Shown here: positions 27,596 to 40,461 of the stretch, piece by piece
Position numbering within the stretch: position 1 is the stretch's first letter
Layout: each line of letters starts with the position of its first letter
DNA from: Catajapyx aquilonaris
Lineage: Eukaryota
Assembly (NCBI GenBank): GCA_000934665.2
Contig: JYFJ02000540.1
Coordinates: forward strand, 1 to 64,000
DNA: 64,000 bases
Direction of reading: 5' to 3'
Made by a program: the position numbers and the translations under genes
Notes under the pieces: model-generated
What the model was told of the DNA's origin: nothing
Seen by the model: the letters and a program-made list of their open reading frames with translations, nothing else
Database searches by the model: none

Positions 27596-30500
27596 CAAGT
27601 AGGAGACCTGGAAATCCCTCTCCTTCCAAGCCAGACCAATGCTTAGATAAGGAAAGTGTCACGCCTCAAGCTTATCAGTCATGCCAATTTCGAAGGACTT
27701 AGAAAGAGTTTAACGTCTGAAAACATCATTATTCGGTATGTGCATATAAAAGTTCGTAAAATAACACAAAATAACTTCTATTAATGAATCATTAACTTAC
27801 AAGTGTGTAGCACCTAATCGGGCCGTGAGTAATTTAATGGTTTAGCCTTTTAAAATGGTATAATTAGCAGCATGTGAATGAATTCTCTGAGGCATGTATC
27901 GCCTCTGGTTATGATGAGGCCCCGGGTGTCCGAATCGTCATTAGCGTGATGCCAATTAGCACGAAAAAAGAGGAAATCCTAATACCGTATTTTGTCATTT
28001 AGCAATTCAACATCGCGCAATGTCAGGCATGTCTGGTGGATTCACAATTCGTACTGATAATTTGCCTGACAATGCGATATTGCTTACAAGTACAAGGTTT
28101 ATCAGGTAAATTAGCAACGGGTAATGTAAAATTGATCGATCATTACCTCTTCACTTCCTTGGTGAAAATTTTGGCGTTGGCAAAATTCACATTACTATGT
28201 CAACTAGATGTCACTACATAAAGGAAAATTATCACTGCCCTCTTCTCCATTTCTTGCATATTCGTACACATGGAACATTACATACTGTACGCGTACTCTC
28301 TGTACCTCTGAAACTCTCTGAAAGAAATTCCACTTGATAATTTTGTTTCACAATGTGTTAACAACACATACTGCATGTCTCAGTGAAATGCATTGAAATG
28401 TTCATATTTACCGGCATTGTTCGAGTTTGCCCTAACGCGTGCTAGCTGATTCTGCTATGCGTACAATGTAAAGTGTTGTTTTCATGCTCATAAATATTAA
28501 GCGGGTTTATGGCCGTGGGGATGGAGTCTAGTTATCACAATTCTAGCAGGTAAACACTATTCACATTCATATTCCATTGTTGCTCTTCATTACTTATTTT
28601 TGCCACTAAATAAACCGAACACCCAGCCTACATAATAATTACGAGCTTCGGTTTAGGTATGGTGGTTTTAATTATAATTTCTATTAATATTGCACTGATT
28701 GGTAGCCTACACCGAACAAATATGTGCCCATTCCTTTTTTAGACAGGCCTTACTCTTACAAGCCAACCTTTCATCAGTGCAAACCGGATATTGAAAAATA
28801 CGTACCATTTAGTCACCTCCCATCCTGAATCATCCATCCTGAAAACTACTGCAAAAAAAATAGCAACACATGCAAATATGTTTGGCAGCCTGGGTTGCGC
28901 CACACGATCTAATCTTCCAGCTACAACTCTGATGCCAAGGTTTCGCAATCGATCGGAATATTTCCACCGCAAATAATCGACAGCCCTTTCCCATTTGACA
29001 CGAGGCCTACCCCGAAAAAGGGAACAAACACTTGACAAAGGCAGGCGATACCAGAGACATCCGAAATTAGACGACTCCCTTCTTTCTTTTCACACCCCCT
29101 CCATATATGAAAGGAAAAGTGGGTCGGAGGATCCGAGTTGAGTTTATTGGTATAGGATCCCATAAAGTCGACGTCACACTGGGATGTGCCCTTTTTGGTA
29201 GGCACTTCGTTACCTTGTCACATAGGGCGAAAAACGGGGGTGTGCCTGAAAAGCTGTCGCCCGGTCGTCACCCGAAATGCTGACTGGGTCCATCACAAAG
29301 GACTGCCGCCGCCCCCAACCCTTTAGATATAAGATTACACTAGCTTTTGGGGGAGGCCTTCTAGGCAATGGTAATTTAGAGGAAAGAGGCAGGGCAAGGT
29401 GGAGAAGAGTCGTCAAGTGCAGCTTCCAGGAGGTCCTGGATCGCTTCTTCGCCGTCTCCGGGGATGGATTCAATCTAAAAGGAGGGCTTCCTTCCGGATC
29501 TTATCGGCTTCCTAGACGGCCAATTAAATGGGAAGAACACTTGGGAAACGCCCCGATGATTTACCGGACTCTAAACCCCGGGCTCCTTACTGACTGATTA
29601 TTGAAACATCGATCGCAACAAAAAGTATGACACTGAGCTCATGCACAACAGTAAACCGTCATGAATAAACTTCAAGGACATTATGTTAAGCCAGTGACGC
29701 TCTCGACAGATGGAGTTGCCAAACTGATCCGCCATCTTTGTTCCACTTTTCTGATATTATTTGGAGGAATATCTTCACTTGCTGGTGTCCACATAAGGGT
29801 AGATAAATGTGGCATTGTACAACTAATAGCTGTACTTATCTACACCATTGCAAGAAAATTCTTAATCAATGTTCAACCGTCAGAGGCACCCGTCATACGT
29901 AGGATACACTCACACGTTGTACAACGTCTGGCACACCCAATCCTCTTTACAGGTACCGGCTAATTAGCCGGCGGGTGCAAATCCGAACCAGTAAAGGAAA
30001 ACTACGGTGCATTAATATTAATGTGCCATTAATATTCGGCGAATGTTCGGCCGGATTACGCGGCCCGCATTTTTGCTGCCAGTATGTTTCCGCATTCATA
30101 CGCGCTGCACTGTGCACAGCTCTTTTTGAAGCTGCCAAGCCGCCATTTTCTTTGAACCTTAGCTGGTGGCGGGTCCTAGAAAATGACAGAAAGCGTCGTG
30201 TGTGCGGGTACTTGGCGCGGAGATAACGTTTGAGGCCGCGCTTCATCAGGCTTCCTATTCAGCCCAGCCAGTTTAATGAGCGAGTGTGGCCATCCTGATT
30301 ACACGCTCTCCCAAATGTACTCCGGGGGACACCAGGCTGAGGGAGGAAAAAATGTCCTAAAGTTTTCTTCTCTAAGCCACACCCACCCCTTAATGAAAGG
30401 GAATCAGCCCCTAGCAATTATGGTAATTGAGGGCCCCCCAGAATTTGCATGCGCGTTTTACTAGGACAGGGCGAAAATCGTCTGCTCTTTGGAAGCAATG

Positions 30501-32389
30501 TGGCAGAAATGGACAACGGCGTTCTTGAGGAAAACGATCTGGGTCTCTCTTTCGAGCCATTAGTTTCCATTCTAATCCCGTGTGACTCGCAGATTGAAAG
30601 AGGCAGCGGGACGCCGCCCAAATCAGACCCACAGCAGCTTACATCGAGCGAGAACGAGCAGCGGGCGATGGAATTTGTGGCACTTTTCCCAGCCAGTTCC
30701 ACCAATTTCGATCCGGTTCTTGTTAGGACCCCCTACTCGCTAGAGAGGACTATACAAGACAGACACACCTCGCGTGATGCAGGCCTCTTTTTTTCCCCGG
30801 GCAGTACTTAGTCTCCTGAGCCTTGTAACGGCCCATTATGCTCTGGGGCTGATTTATCGCGGGGATTCTTTTCCTCCATATCTCCCGCGCAACTGGCCAT
30901 TGAATTCGGATTACAGCGAAGGGAATGGCCACTTGGACGAAACTGCGATGTCAGCTTATCTGCCTACTGTTTGACGCTCTTGTAGATCACTGAACATGGA
31001 TGAGACAGTTCATATTGACACCTACAAATGAATAAGCCTGCCAAAATCTCATAGCAGTATATATGCCTGTACCTACATTATTATTTACAAAAATCATATT
31101 TAAGATACCAACAGACATGCCGAGTGTACTAGTACATTACCTGCGGACGAGTCGGCTGCACTGAAATCCTATTAGACAAAAAAGGGGCAAGAGAGGGATT
31201 CAAGTTTGACTAAAACTCATACACTTGCAGCAGTAAATTTTCAAAAGCCCTCACGGGCTTTAATTAGTCCTGGTATGAATTTTTTATATATATACAATGG
31301 AATTAGGAATCCGCCGCACAGGACACATTCACACAGTACACAAGGGGTGTTTGAAGTTCCGGTTCGTTGGCTTCACGAGCCTTAGCTTAAAAATTTGTGA
31401 AACACAACAAACAACGAGTTGCAGGTCCCGAAAAATTGTGTCGTCTGGTACGTAGATACGTGTCCGAGTGCTCCATCTATATACAAGTGTGTTGTGAAGG
31501 TGTGTGTGTTTGGTGTTTTCTCGTCCCCCCTTATAGATAATCCGATCACTATAAACCTCCCAACAAATAGCACCTGTCCCCTTAACCCATTGGTGCCTAC
31601 AAAGGCACGTGTGTGTGAAGATGGGGAGCAAGTCACAGGGCATGAATGGGTCAAGGGGACCGGATAATAATAATAAAATAAACCATAGAACCGCCGTGAT
31701 TAAAGGTATCTGCAAGTTAGCACCTGTCTACAACATTGTCTCGATTCTTCGCACTAGCACCAGTTCTCATTCCGGGAAATTTTTATCGCTAATTGTGGCT
31801 TAGACAGCCAATTAACAACTGAATTTTTGCGCGGTCTTATACGCACATCTACAATCAGTGTGTTTTCCTATCCGATTTTCTTTTTCAGTGCAGAAAACTA
31901 TATAAAAAAACACGAACACGATCCAAAAAACGGGGGCATCTTCTTCATCCAAGCATCATCCAGCTCTCACTCCTGGAGCAGCACTCTGAGTAAGAAGAGG
32001 GGCTCCATTTGTTGAAGCTGATGAAGCAGCCAGCCGATCATGTGCAGCTAGACGTGAATAGTATAGTCTTGCTTTTCTCGGTCCCTCTCTTGTCGATACC
32101 TGGAATGGGCCAGGGCGACTATCTAATGCACTTTCCCAGCTTACAGCAGGCAAAGGGGGATCGGACACGGGCCAATGGATCCAACAGGGATCGTATGTCT
32201 CCCCACTCCCCGGATAACCCCCCACCTCACTTTACCCTGGAAATTCCGGATGGCTTTTGGCTCCGTGCCTGCCAAATTACACGATAAATATCCAGTGGAT
32301 GGTGTCCGTTCCAAGAATTTCCATGCGTTTGACACTCCCTTTTTTCCGAAAGAGGGATCCATGCGTTTTCACAACACACATGCAATTAT

Positions 32390-32629
32390 AGGTAAGGTAT
32401 GATAACATTAAAATAATCATTCGAATCAGTTAGGTAAGGGCTAGGTAAGGTTAGAGAGAGATTAGGTACGTTATGTAGGCTAGTTAGGTTAGCTAGGTTG
32501 GGTAGGTTAGCTAGGTTGGGTAGGTTAGCTAGGTTGGGTAGGTTAGGTACGATTTGTAGGTTAGGTATTGTACGTTAGGTACGTTAGCTAGGTAAGGTAA
32601 GGTAAGGTAAGGTAAGGTAAGGTAAGGTT
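32390..32629 (+). repeat. Degenerate TTAGG/TAAGG-type repeat tract
   Basis: Mixed TTAGG/CTAGG/GTAGG units, three copies of GGTTAGCTAGGTTGGGTA and seven of GGTAA. Confidence 0.85.
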
Positions 32630-33523
32630 TCAATCTCAAGCCATCCCCCCAAAAAAAACTTTTCGTCTTTCTCAGCCTGTGTTGATATGATTTTTTTTGA
32701 CGCAGCAACGGACATCGAAGGCAGACTTTGAGATCAGGTGGCAGGGGGAAAAAAAACTCTCTCGGCATCTCCAATTTCCTCTCACTTCTTTACCTTTGGA
32801 CTGGAAAAGACGCCTGAAGCCACAAACCGGAAAGGTTGACACAGCATCGCGTTTCTTTTATCATCCTGTCCTCCCGGAATATTCGTCGCTTCCGTATACT
32901 CTCCAGTAAAGGAGACGGAAAAAAAATTGGTGTCTCCATCCCCAAACTCTAGATAAATTTTCATCAAAATTGGAAACGTTGGAAAGTGGCACAGATTGAG
33001 CTGTCAACTCTCTCTAGCAGCCCAAAATTTTCCAGACTTTCATATACAGCGAACCTCACCATGCATAATTAACGCACCGCCCCATGCTCATGTGTCTTAT
33101 TTAAAACCCTAACAAGGATAGATTTCCCAGAGTTAAAAGGTCACGTGATGACCTCGTTTTGTGCCTTCGACAGGTTGTGCTGGGGCACACAAAAAAATAG
33201 CAGGCCCGGTTTTTTTGTGTGTGGTCACATGCGGCCCCAGGCATTAACTATTGATCAACTGCCAGGACACAAGGCTCGCGAAAATCAGCATTAGTAACAG
33301 TGATTTGCCGCTCCAGCGAAATATATTGGATGGAGAATTACCGCTAGTACCGACTCTTTTGCATACGCTATCCGGCTCAAACCAGTATTTATGAGACTTT
33401 ATGATGGGGGAGGCCTCGGAAAAAGTTTTGAACTGCGAGGGCTGGAGGGATTTATGCGTTTGTTTTCGGGATGTGTTTGGGGGAGGTCATGCCTTTGAAT
33501 CATTAAGTGCAAGGCAGGTATGG

Positions 33524-33545
33524 TCACAGAGCGTGCACAAAATAT
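33524..33545 (-). CDS. Dscam: Candidate terminal Dscam coding exon (R-YFVHAL-stop)
   Basis: Long pyrimidine tract and acceptor ttttttactactttacag| 109 nt after the previous donor. Phase 2 gives ...IKRYFVHAL*. No independent homology support. Confidence 0.45.
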
Positions 33546-33654
33546 CTGTAAAGTAGTAAAAAATATGAAATAAATAAAATAACTAAATATGCAATTTACA
33601 TGAGATCATGCTGATCTATGTGGTTGTAAGAAGTGGTTTTCAAGTCCTATTTAC

Positions 33655-33897
33655 CTTTTGATGAGTGCTGAAAGTTCTTGTTCCAACTCCTCGTGTCGGA
33701 AGAGAGGAAGATGTCTTAGATCACGGCGGGCATCTCGGTCGCACTCGGCTTCGGACAGTTCTCGACTGTCCGAGAAGCCTGTGGGCGGCCGCAGTCCAGC
33801 GCTACTGTGGGGACGGCCAACTGCCCGCAAGCTCTGCTGCTCTTCCTCACCAACAACCAGCACACCTGATGCAGAAGGGCTCTCGGGACTCTCCGTT
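33655..33897 (-). CDS. Dscam: Dscam exon, near C-terminal cytoplasmic (PPTGFSD...ELSEAECDRD)
   Basis: RTESPESPSASG...LRPPTGFSDSRELSEAECDRDARRD...EQELSALIKR. SEAECD is a conserved Dscam tail motif. Acceptor ttttgtcag| (phase 2) fits the upstream exon across an 8-kb intron. Donor AAG|gtaaat. Confidence 0.88.
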
Positions 33898-36388
33898 CTG
33901 ACAAAAGTAGTCCCCACACCAAATTGTATTAGTCAAATCAATCTCAATCAGTGGCAAAAAAAATCATCTAGCATAAATATTATAATAGGTTGTAAGAACC
34001 CAGCAAAAAAATGCATGCCACGATGAGAAACAAAATGGCGATAATAGTTAGCTATACTCTCATCAGATGCTGAGAGCACTTCAAATGGCAGGTTTAAATG
34101 CTGAACGGTCCAAACATGAATAGAGAATTGGCCAGTGTTCAACCTTCACCAACCTTGCTTGCATGATGACCACCGCCAACAATACTGTCATTGAAACCTG
34201 GCCGGCTCTGCGGGAGACCATTTTGACAAAACTGCACTCCAGTATAGTAGGTCCTACTGTTCTCTAACAAACTTTTTCGACACCGCACCGCTCGGAACCA
34301 AGGTTTTTTTTTGAACGGTGACAGCATGACAGCCCCTGATGAACTTCAATTCCAATCGCGTCACACATCATCGGGAACAATGTGGAAAATTAATGTAATA
34401 TTATGCGCCGTAAAGTGAGCCCTCAGTTTTGAAACACCGAATTTATAGTTTGACACACAGCCGCTAACAGGATCAACATGTACACAGGTTGGTCACCCGC
34501 CCAAAATCGGTAAAGAAAGTATATGATCCAGCGACTGTTTCGCCTGATTCTTCCAACTCTATAAAATATAATTCCCGCGGGTCCAAAAATTGTGTGTACC
34601 CCACCCTCTAAAGACCTCTCTGCAAGTTTCGACTCACTTCCCACGGCGATACAGACGCAAGAAGCAAAGTTGGCGAGAAACTTGAGCATTAACTCCGGCG
34701 GAATACTGCTCACATAACCGATCGTGTCGGAGAGGAACTCCCCAGCTAAGAGACTGCTGGGCCTTCCAGAAAACGGGAAATTGGGAAGGAAACACTGACA
34801 ATGGATGTCTTACTTTCCACCTGAAATCGATAAGTTGAGAGAACTTTCCAACAGTTGCATGTCACTGAATCGGAACTCTCTCTCCCTCTTCTCTTCTCAG
34901 ACACAACCCAACCTTCCCTTCTATTCGACCCACAGCCTCCTTTGTGAGTCCGCTGCTCCTTCCATTTCCAAGAAATTAATCTCTTGCCGGGAACAAAAGA
35001 AGAAGTAATCTCGACGGGACTTATTGTCCCCCTCATTCTCTCTTTTTTGTGTGTCTCTAGCCATAAGAGAAAAAGTTCTGCGGCAACCTCCATTTTCGGC
35101 TACAGGGTGATCTAAGGATCAGTACCAATAAATTGGCACACGTTCCCAGTTCAATAGCTGACATCACAGCAAGTGCGAAAAAAGTAGCAATAATTGCCTT
35201 AAATTAAATGCTGCCCTGATATGCTACAAGACAATCATTTGCTTACTATACAAATTTGCGACTTAATTAACTGCTAATTTAGGCATATTTATTACTTTAT
35301 TTATTAATTTATTGGCATGGGAGTAGGACCCGTTCTTCGCACAGAGATTGATAAATGAAAGAAGTTTGTAAAAAAGAGTTTGAAAAAATATCATCAGCAG
35401 ATGAATACCAAAGTTCGTATAAAAACAGATAAATCCTAAATTTGAGCATTTAGACTAAAAAAAAGTGTCGTTTCGGACTTGTCCCTGAATCAGAGGCACT
35501 TGACATCGGTGTGCCAAGTTTCAGCACTCTCAGTGCTCCGGAAAGGGGTTAAATGGCCTTGACACACATATGGACAAACGTTATGTTTTATATCATGTAA
35601 GATTAATTTGCTATTGACTGCAGCTGCTAATTTTATTCCCATGATCGTTATTGTTTTCCAATTAAGGGTCAGCCGTGTTTCGTAAAATTTATTGGAGAGA
35701 GGTCAAGCTAATTATCCAAGTTTAGGTGCTCATTAACACCAGTAGGTTAAACTGGTTCCTTCTCCCTCTCTCCACTCCTGACTTGGGCCAGTGCACCACC
35801 TTTCTCTATACCTCTTGATGGCTTAGCGGGCAAGGCACCTGGGGCTAATCAATAGGGGTGATCAGGCCAATAAATTGCAGTCGGTGGACAGGGCAGGGAG
35901 GGAGGGAAAAGTGGTGGGGAGGGGTGGTGGGGAAGGTCGAGCTATAGCCTGGTAGGGATCACTATGGAGCCACAATTCGGATTTAACCGCTCTTTAACCC
36001 CCAAAGGTACCAGGTGGAGCAAAAACCGATCTTTTGCTCAAACATTTGTGGCCTGTTTAAACAATGGAGACCCCGGCCCCGGTTGGGTGAGGCTAAATAT
36101 ACATTGCATCGGTGGCTGGAGGCATATCGAACTGCAAATTCATGTGACATTTCGCTCCAATTGCGATTCGGCCGATGCTTTTGTGGCGATCACATTGTTG
36201 AGATTACGCAGTCTGGTGTTGCCAGAATGTGCTTAATCACAATGTATTATACGTGAAATCACATATTTTGTCGTGGAGAAGGAGATGTGACAGAGTCACG
36301 GTTTGGTGACTCTGGGGAGGCGTGACACTCTCCTTATCTAAGCATTGGTCTGGCTTGGAAGGAGAGGGATTTCCAGGTCTCCTACTTG

Positions 36389-36460
36389 GCCGTGATCGTA
36401 TAGTGGTTAGTACATTGCGTTGTGGCCGCAATAACCCAGGTTCGAATCCTGGTCACGGCA
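36389..36460 (+). tRNA. tRNA-His-GTG: tRNA-His (GTG), copy B (inside a Dscam intron, antisense to Dscam)
   Basis: Identical to copy A. T7 terminator at about 36496. Confidence 0.96.
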
Positions 36461-37132
36461 GCTTATAACACAAGCTGTTACGGCAAGGAGACCGCTTTTT
36501 TTCTCTCAATTCCTGTTTTTACTTATAAATTATCATGACATAATATGTGAAAGATGTTTACTTATAACTCCACGATATTATTTTATTTACGTCGAGTGGG
36601 TTACATCATTAAAGACCTCGGGAGAAGAACAATCAAGGTCCCCTGTGTTTTTTCAAAAATGAGCTACGTATCTCAGAAGATAGTTCCACTAGCGTAGGAT
36701 ATGATGGGATGGTCGTGGTTGTACAGTACAGTAGCCTAATGATCGTAGGTCAAAACAGTGGGGTTTACAATGGAGCCTTATATGGACCATCGAAATTTTA
36801 AATTAGAATATCTCAGTTTCACCTGAGGTGGACCCTGTTCCTTCTTCCCCCGAGGTCGTCAATATATTGGTGTCTCATATTCCGAATTTTCACCCATGCT
36901 GCCTTATTTTAAGGAAGTGTAGTTGCTTTCGGACCAATTGGACGGATATTGTTGGAGGGGTTATTAAAATATTTGCTTCTGGTAATGACTACAAGCAACA
37001 TTACAGAGTCTGAACTGTAATAAATTTCCGAGAGTGGAATGACCTACGATAACCGACGATAAGCACTATCTGCATGTCATTTTAGATTGCAAAGGTTAAA
37101 ATGACGCTTTCATTCCTCCTAATACATGCGAG

Positions 37133-37133
37133 A

Positions 37134-37170
<37 letters not shown>

Positions 37171-37177
37171 GTAGTAG

Positions 37178-37241
<64 letters not shown>
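37133..37241. repeat. (TAT)n / (TAG)n microsatellite
   Basis: About 110 nt of ATT repeats interrupted by AGT. Confidence 0.95.
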
Positions 37242-37440
37242 GATAGTGTCTAACAATATATAAATAAAATAATACTTTAAAGACTGGAAATAATACGAAA
37301 AAATGGTCTCCTTGCTATGCCAGCTGAGTAACGCAGGAAGAGACCACACTAAAATTTTGTTTGTATCGTGACTTATTTCAAAAACGGGAAATGAGATTCA
37401 AAAAAGCGGTCTCCTTGCCGTAACAGCTTGTGTTATAAGC

Positions 37441-37512
37441 TGCCGTGACCAGGATTCGAACCTGGGTTATTGCGGCCACAACGCAAGGTACTAACCACTA
37501 TACGATCACGGC
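37441..37512 (-). tRNA. tRNA-His-GTG: tRNA-His (GTG), copy C (inside a Dscam intron, same strand as Dscam)
   Basis: As copy A except A>C at the D/anticodon-stem junction (window position 37487). Confidence 0.95.
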
Positions 37513-40389
37513 CAAGTAGGAGACCTGGAAATCCCTCTCCTTCCAAGCCAGACCAATGCTTAGTTGTCAAGGAAAGTGACTTTGCCTCACTCGCGTCACA
37601 ATATCCATGACCGTGTTGGCCTGTGGTCTCAGTGGCCAACCGTGTCTTCAGGCCTTGCTCAGACTGACACTAAAAAATGGAACTTCACACAAATTAAACT
37701 ACTGGCAGAAAATGAAAGTCGTGCACATCGTCGCTACTTTTGTTGATTATTATTGTTGTCAGCAATAATTATCCCATACTTTCTATACAGCGTAAGTTTT
37801 TCGTGGCGGAGTTGCAATTATTATGCAGGCTTTTCCGGCTGTATGAGTGTGGCTGGTCGTCACACACACTACCACTATATATTTACGCCTCAGTTGACAA
37901 ACCTGGCTTGCCACCTGGTCGACATCCGAGTCAACAAAACTCAGTCCCCCAACTTTATGAATGTGGTGTTGAAAATAGCATTTCCTGAGAGCCCACGACA
38001 CTGACTAAAAAGGCGCCTTCCTTCCCTCCCCCAAAACTCTCTCTGCAATCCTCCTGATACCGGTATCCGCAGGAGATTTATTCATCATAATGAATCAGGC
38101 AGTGAAAGTTAGATCCGGATGTTGAATTACACAATCTCGGCAGCTTGGGTTTGCTGGCTGAGGCTGCAAGGCCTCCCGCATTAGCATCCGGAGGGAAGGT
38201 AAATCACCTGAGGGGGCCCTACCAAAATCTCTTCTTTTTTTCCCTCCAACGCCTGTCCTTTTGGAGCCCTTTTCTTCCAGGAGACTTTATGCATGCATCA
38301 CTTGTCTACACGGACGCCTCCATCGCGAAGCCAAGCTCATATATTTAAAGTCACTTCCTCACTTCCCAACTTACTCATTTCGAGTCCTGGGATGTATATA
38401 CGACATGGCCATCTGGTTAATTTAAAGTTGCGAGACGCTAAGAAGAGGCCGTAAACTTTGGGAGGAAGAATCGTATCATTCGTATGGCGTGATGTTGATG
38501 GCGGTACATTTTTATGTATAGGCAAGACTCTGGGGACATGGATCAAAATTGTTGGCTCCACGACAACCAAAAATGTAACATTATACAGGGTGTACCACTC
38601 ATTGGGTATATCTGGCAGTGTAAAGCACCTAGTCCTTACTCCCCTGTGGTGTTGTTGACACATTCCTGGCCTGATAGTTTGTGCCTGAGCAGAATAGAGG
38701 GGAGAGGATGAGACTAGGAGACGCATCAGGGAGGCTTGAATGGCCCCGAGCAATGTGGATGAGTGCAGTGGAAGTTTGCCTTCTCGGAAATGGAAGCCCA
38801 GGGTTCATAATGCAACGCGCATTCACTTTGTTGGGGTTCGTTAGCAAGCGCGCAAGGGGTGGGTTAGAGAGTGGGGAGGGTCCCTCCCGGTCCTCTATAC
38901 CTGGTGCTCCTACCCTATTCATTAACGGCCCAGGATGAGCCCCACGTAGGGCCTTACAAAGGCTGGAAAAAGAGAGAGAGAAGCTCATAGAAGGGAGACC
39001 CTAGCAAGAACTAGCCCATTAGCCATGCCGTTTCTTTGCTCCCTACATGCTGATGCCACCCCAGCTCAAACACGAGTCAAAACCTCAGCTATGCCCAAGT
39101 TATACCGTGTGGTTGGGTGATCACAGACCCCCAAAAGCCAGAGGGTTTGACCCTCCCCATGGCTGCGTAAATAATTCCAGGCACACCTCGCAAACATGAC
39201 CTCACATTACAACGAGCTACGAATTTTATCGTACAAAAAAACAAGTCCAAGTTTTTACTGTAATAATCCAGATATTTACAAAAAAAAAAAATATGTCATA
39301 TCCTCAACCCCGACCGTGTGTGTGTTTGATCCGGCTTGATCGTACCGATTCAACAAGTGCAGATTGGGTCAGACCTGGACGACACAAATGAATCGGTAAT
39401 ATGCACCGCACCTGCTTGCAAGCCCTGAAGTCACTTGTGTTTGCCAATCGCGATAAAAGCACTCGCTTTTTTTTTTCCCACTTTGGGGCCGCCCTCGATG
39501 TTTGCCTTTGCCCGGTCGCAAGTCCACTGTTATTGCACCCCGTTCGGCTGGAACCGGTTTTTTTCAGAGCTGTGGGATTTGAAGCGCGTATGGATGAGCA
39601 GATTATACGCGATGAGTACCGACCGTAAATGAGTCAAAAATCAGTCTGCCCTGCTGCATGCCATACATCCCAAAAAAATAATACCGAGAATAAATGGTCG
39701 CAAGTTACATGAACCTAACTATGGAATTAGGTCGGACCTTTTTTTTAAAAAAAAAAATCCGAAGACAATGGCGTTTCTTCCCGGTTGAACGGACGTCTTC
39801 AGAACCAGTCGAGAGTGAAAGCAGATTCCAATCTCCTTTCTCATGCAAGCCTTCTCTTCTTCTTTTTTTTCATTTTGGCAAAAACCTTCAAATGAACATG
39901 ACCTCACACTCCAACCAATATCTGAGTGACTTGCCATGTTGTTCCTAACAGCTGGCCCGCGAATAATCGGATTTGCAGCTTAAGTCGGACGCCAAACCTT
40001 TTATTTAATTTCCCGCCAGGATAGATCCAATTTTCACTCCCCCCCAGAAGCCCTCATTTTACCCCCCCCCCCCACCCCCGCAGTCCACTTTCTGATTAAT
40101 TTGACCCTCTCCGGATGGTCACATGTGATCCGGATTTCGCTATACGGTCAGATATCGATCTTTAATTTTCATGGAATCCCCCTCCGTTTTACGGGTTCTC
40201 CTGCCATCTACCGGGGGGTTAGATCGACACTAGACAGGCTTTTTGGACTAATCTGCGAAATGGGGTCAAGAAAAAGGGCGAGAGAGAGATACACGGTTGG
40301 TCAATCCCTCAATGCTTGAGGCGTGACACTTTCCTTATCTAAGCATTGGTCTGGCTTGGAAGGAGAGGGATTTCCAGGTCTCCTACTTG

Positions 40390-40461
40390 GCCGTGATCGT
40401 ATAGTGGTTAGTACATTGCGTTGTGGCCGCAATAACCCAGGTTCGAATCCTGGTCACGGCA
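40390..40461 (+). tRNA. tRNA-His-GTG: tRNA-His (GTG), copy D (inside a Dscam intron, antisense to Dscam)
   Basis: Identical to copy A. T-run terminator at about 40497. Confidence 0.96.

Noticed and set aside
31329..31380. Alternative terminal Dscam exon R-LVKPTNRNFKHPLCTV*
   Set aside because: Phase fits, but the acceptor (ctaag) is weak and there is no supporting homology. The nearer acceptor at 33546 is stronger.
32480..32540. Short direct repeats as a CRISPR-like array
   Set aside because: Eukaryotic context with contiguous repeats, no unique spacers and no cas genes.
37119..37349. Poly-Asn/poly-Ile ORFs here and at 43206-43514
   Set aside because: Translations of (AAT)n microsatellites.
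40367..40375. GGGATTTCC kappaB-like site upstream of each tRNA-His
   Set aside because: A single short motif whose repetition is explained by cassette duplication.
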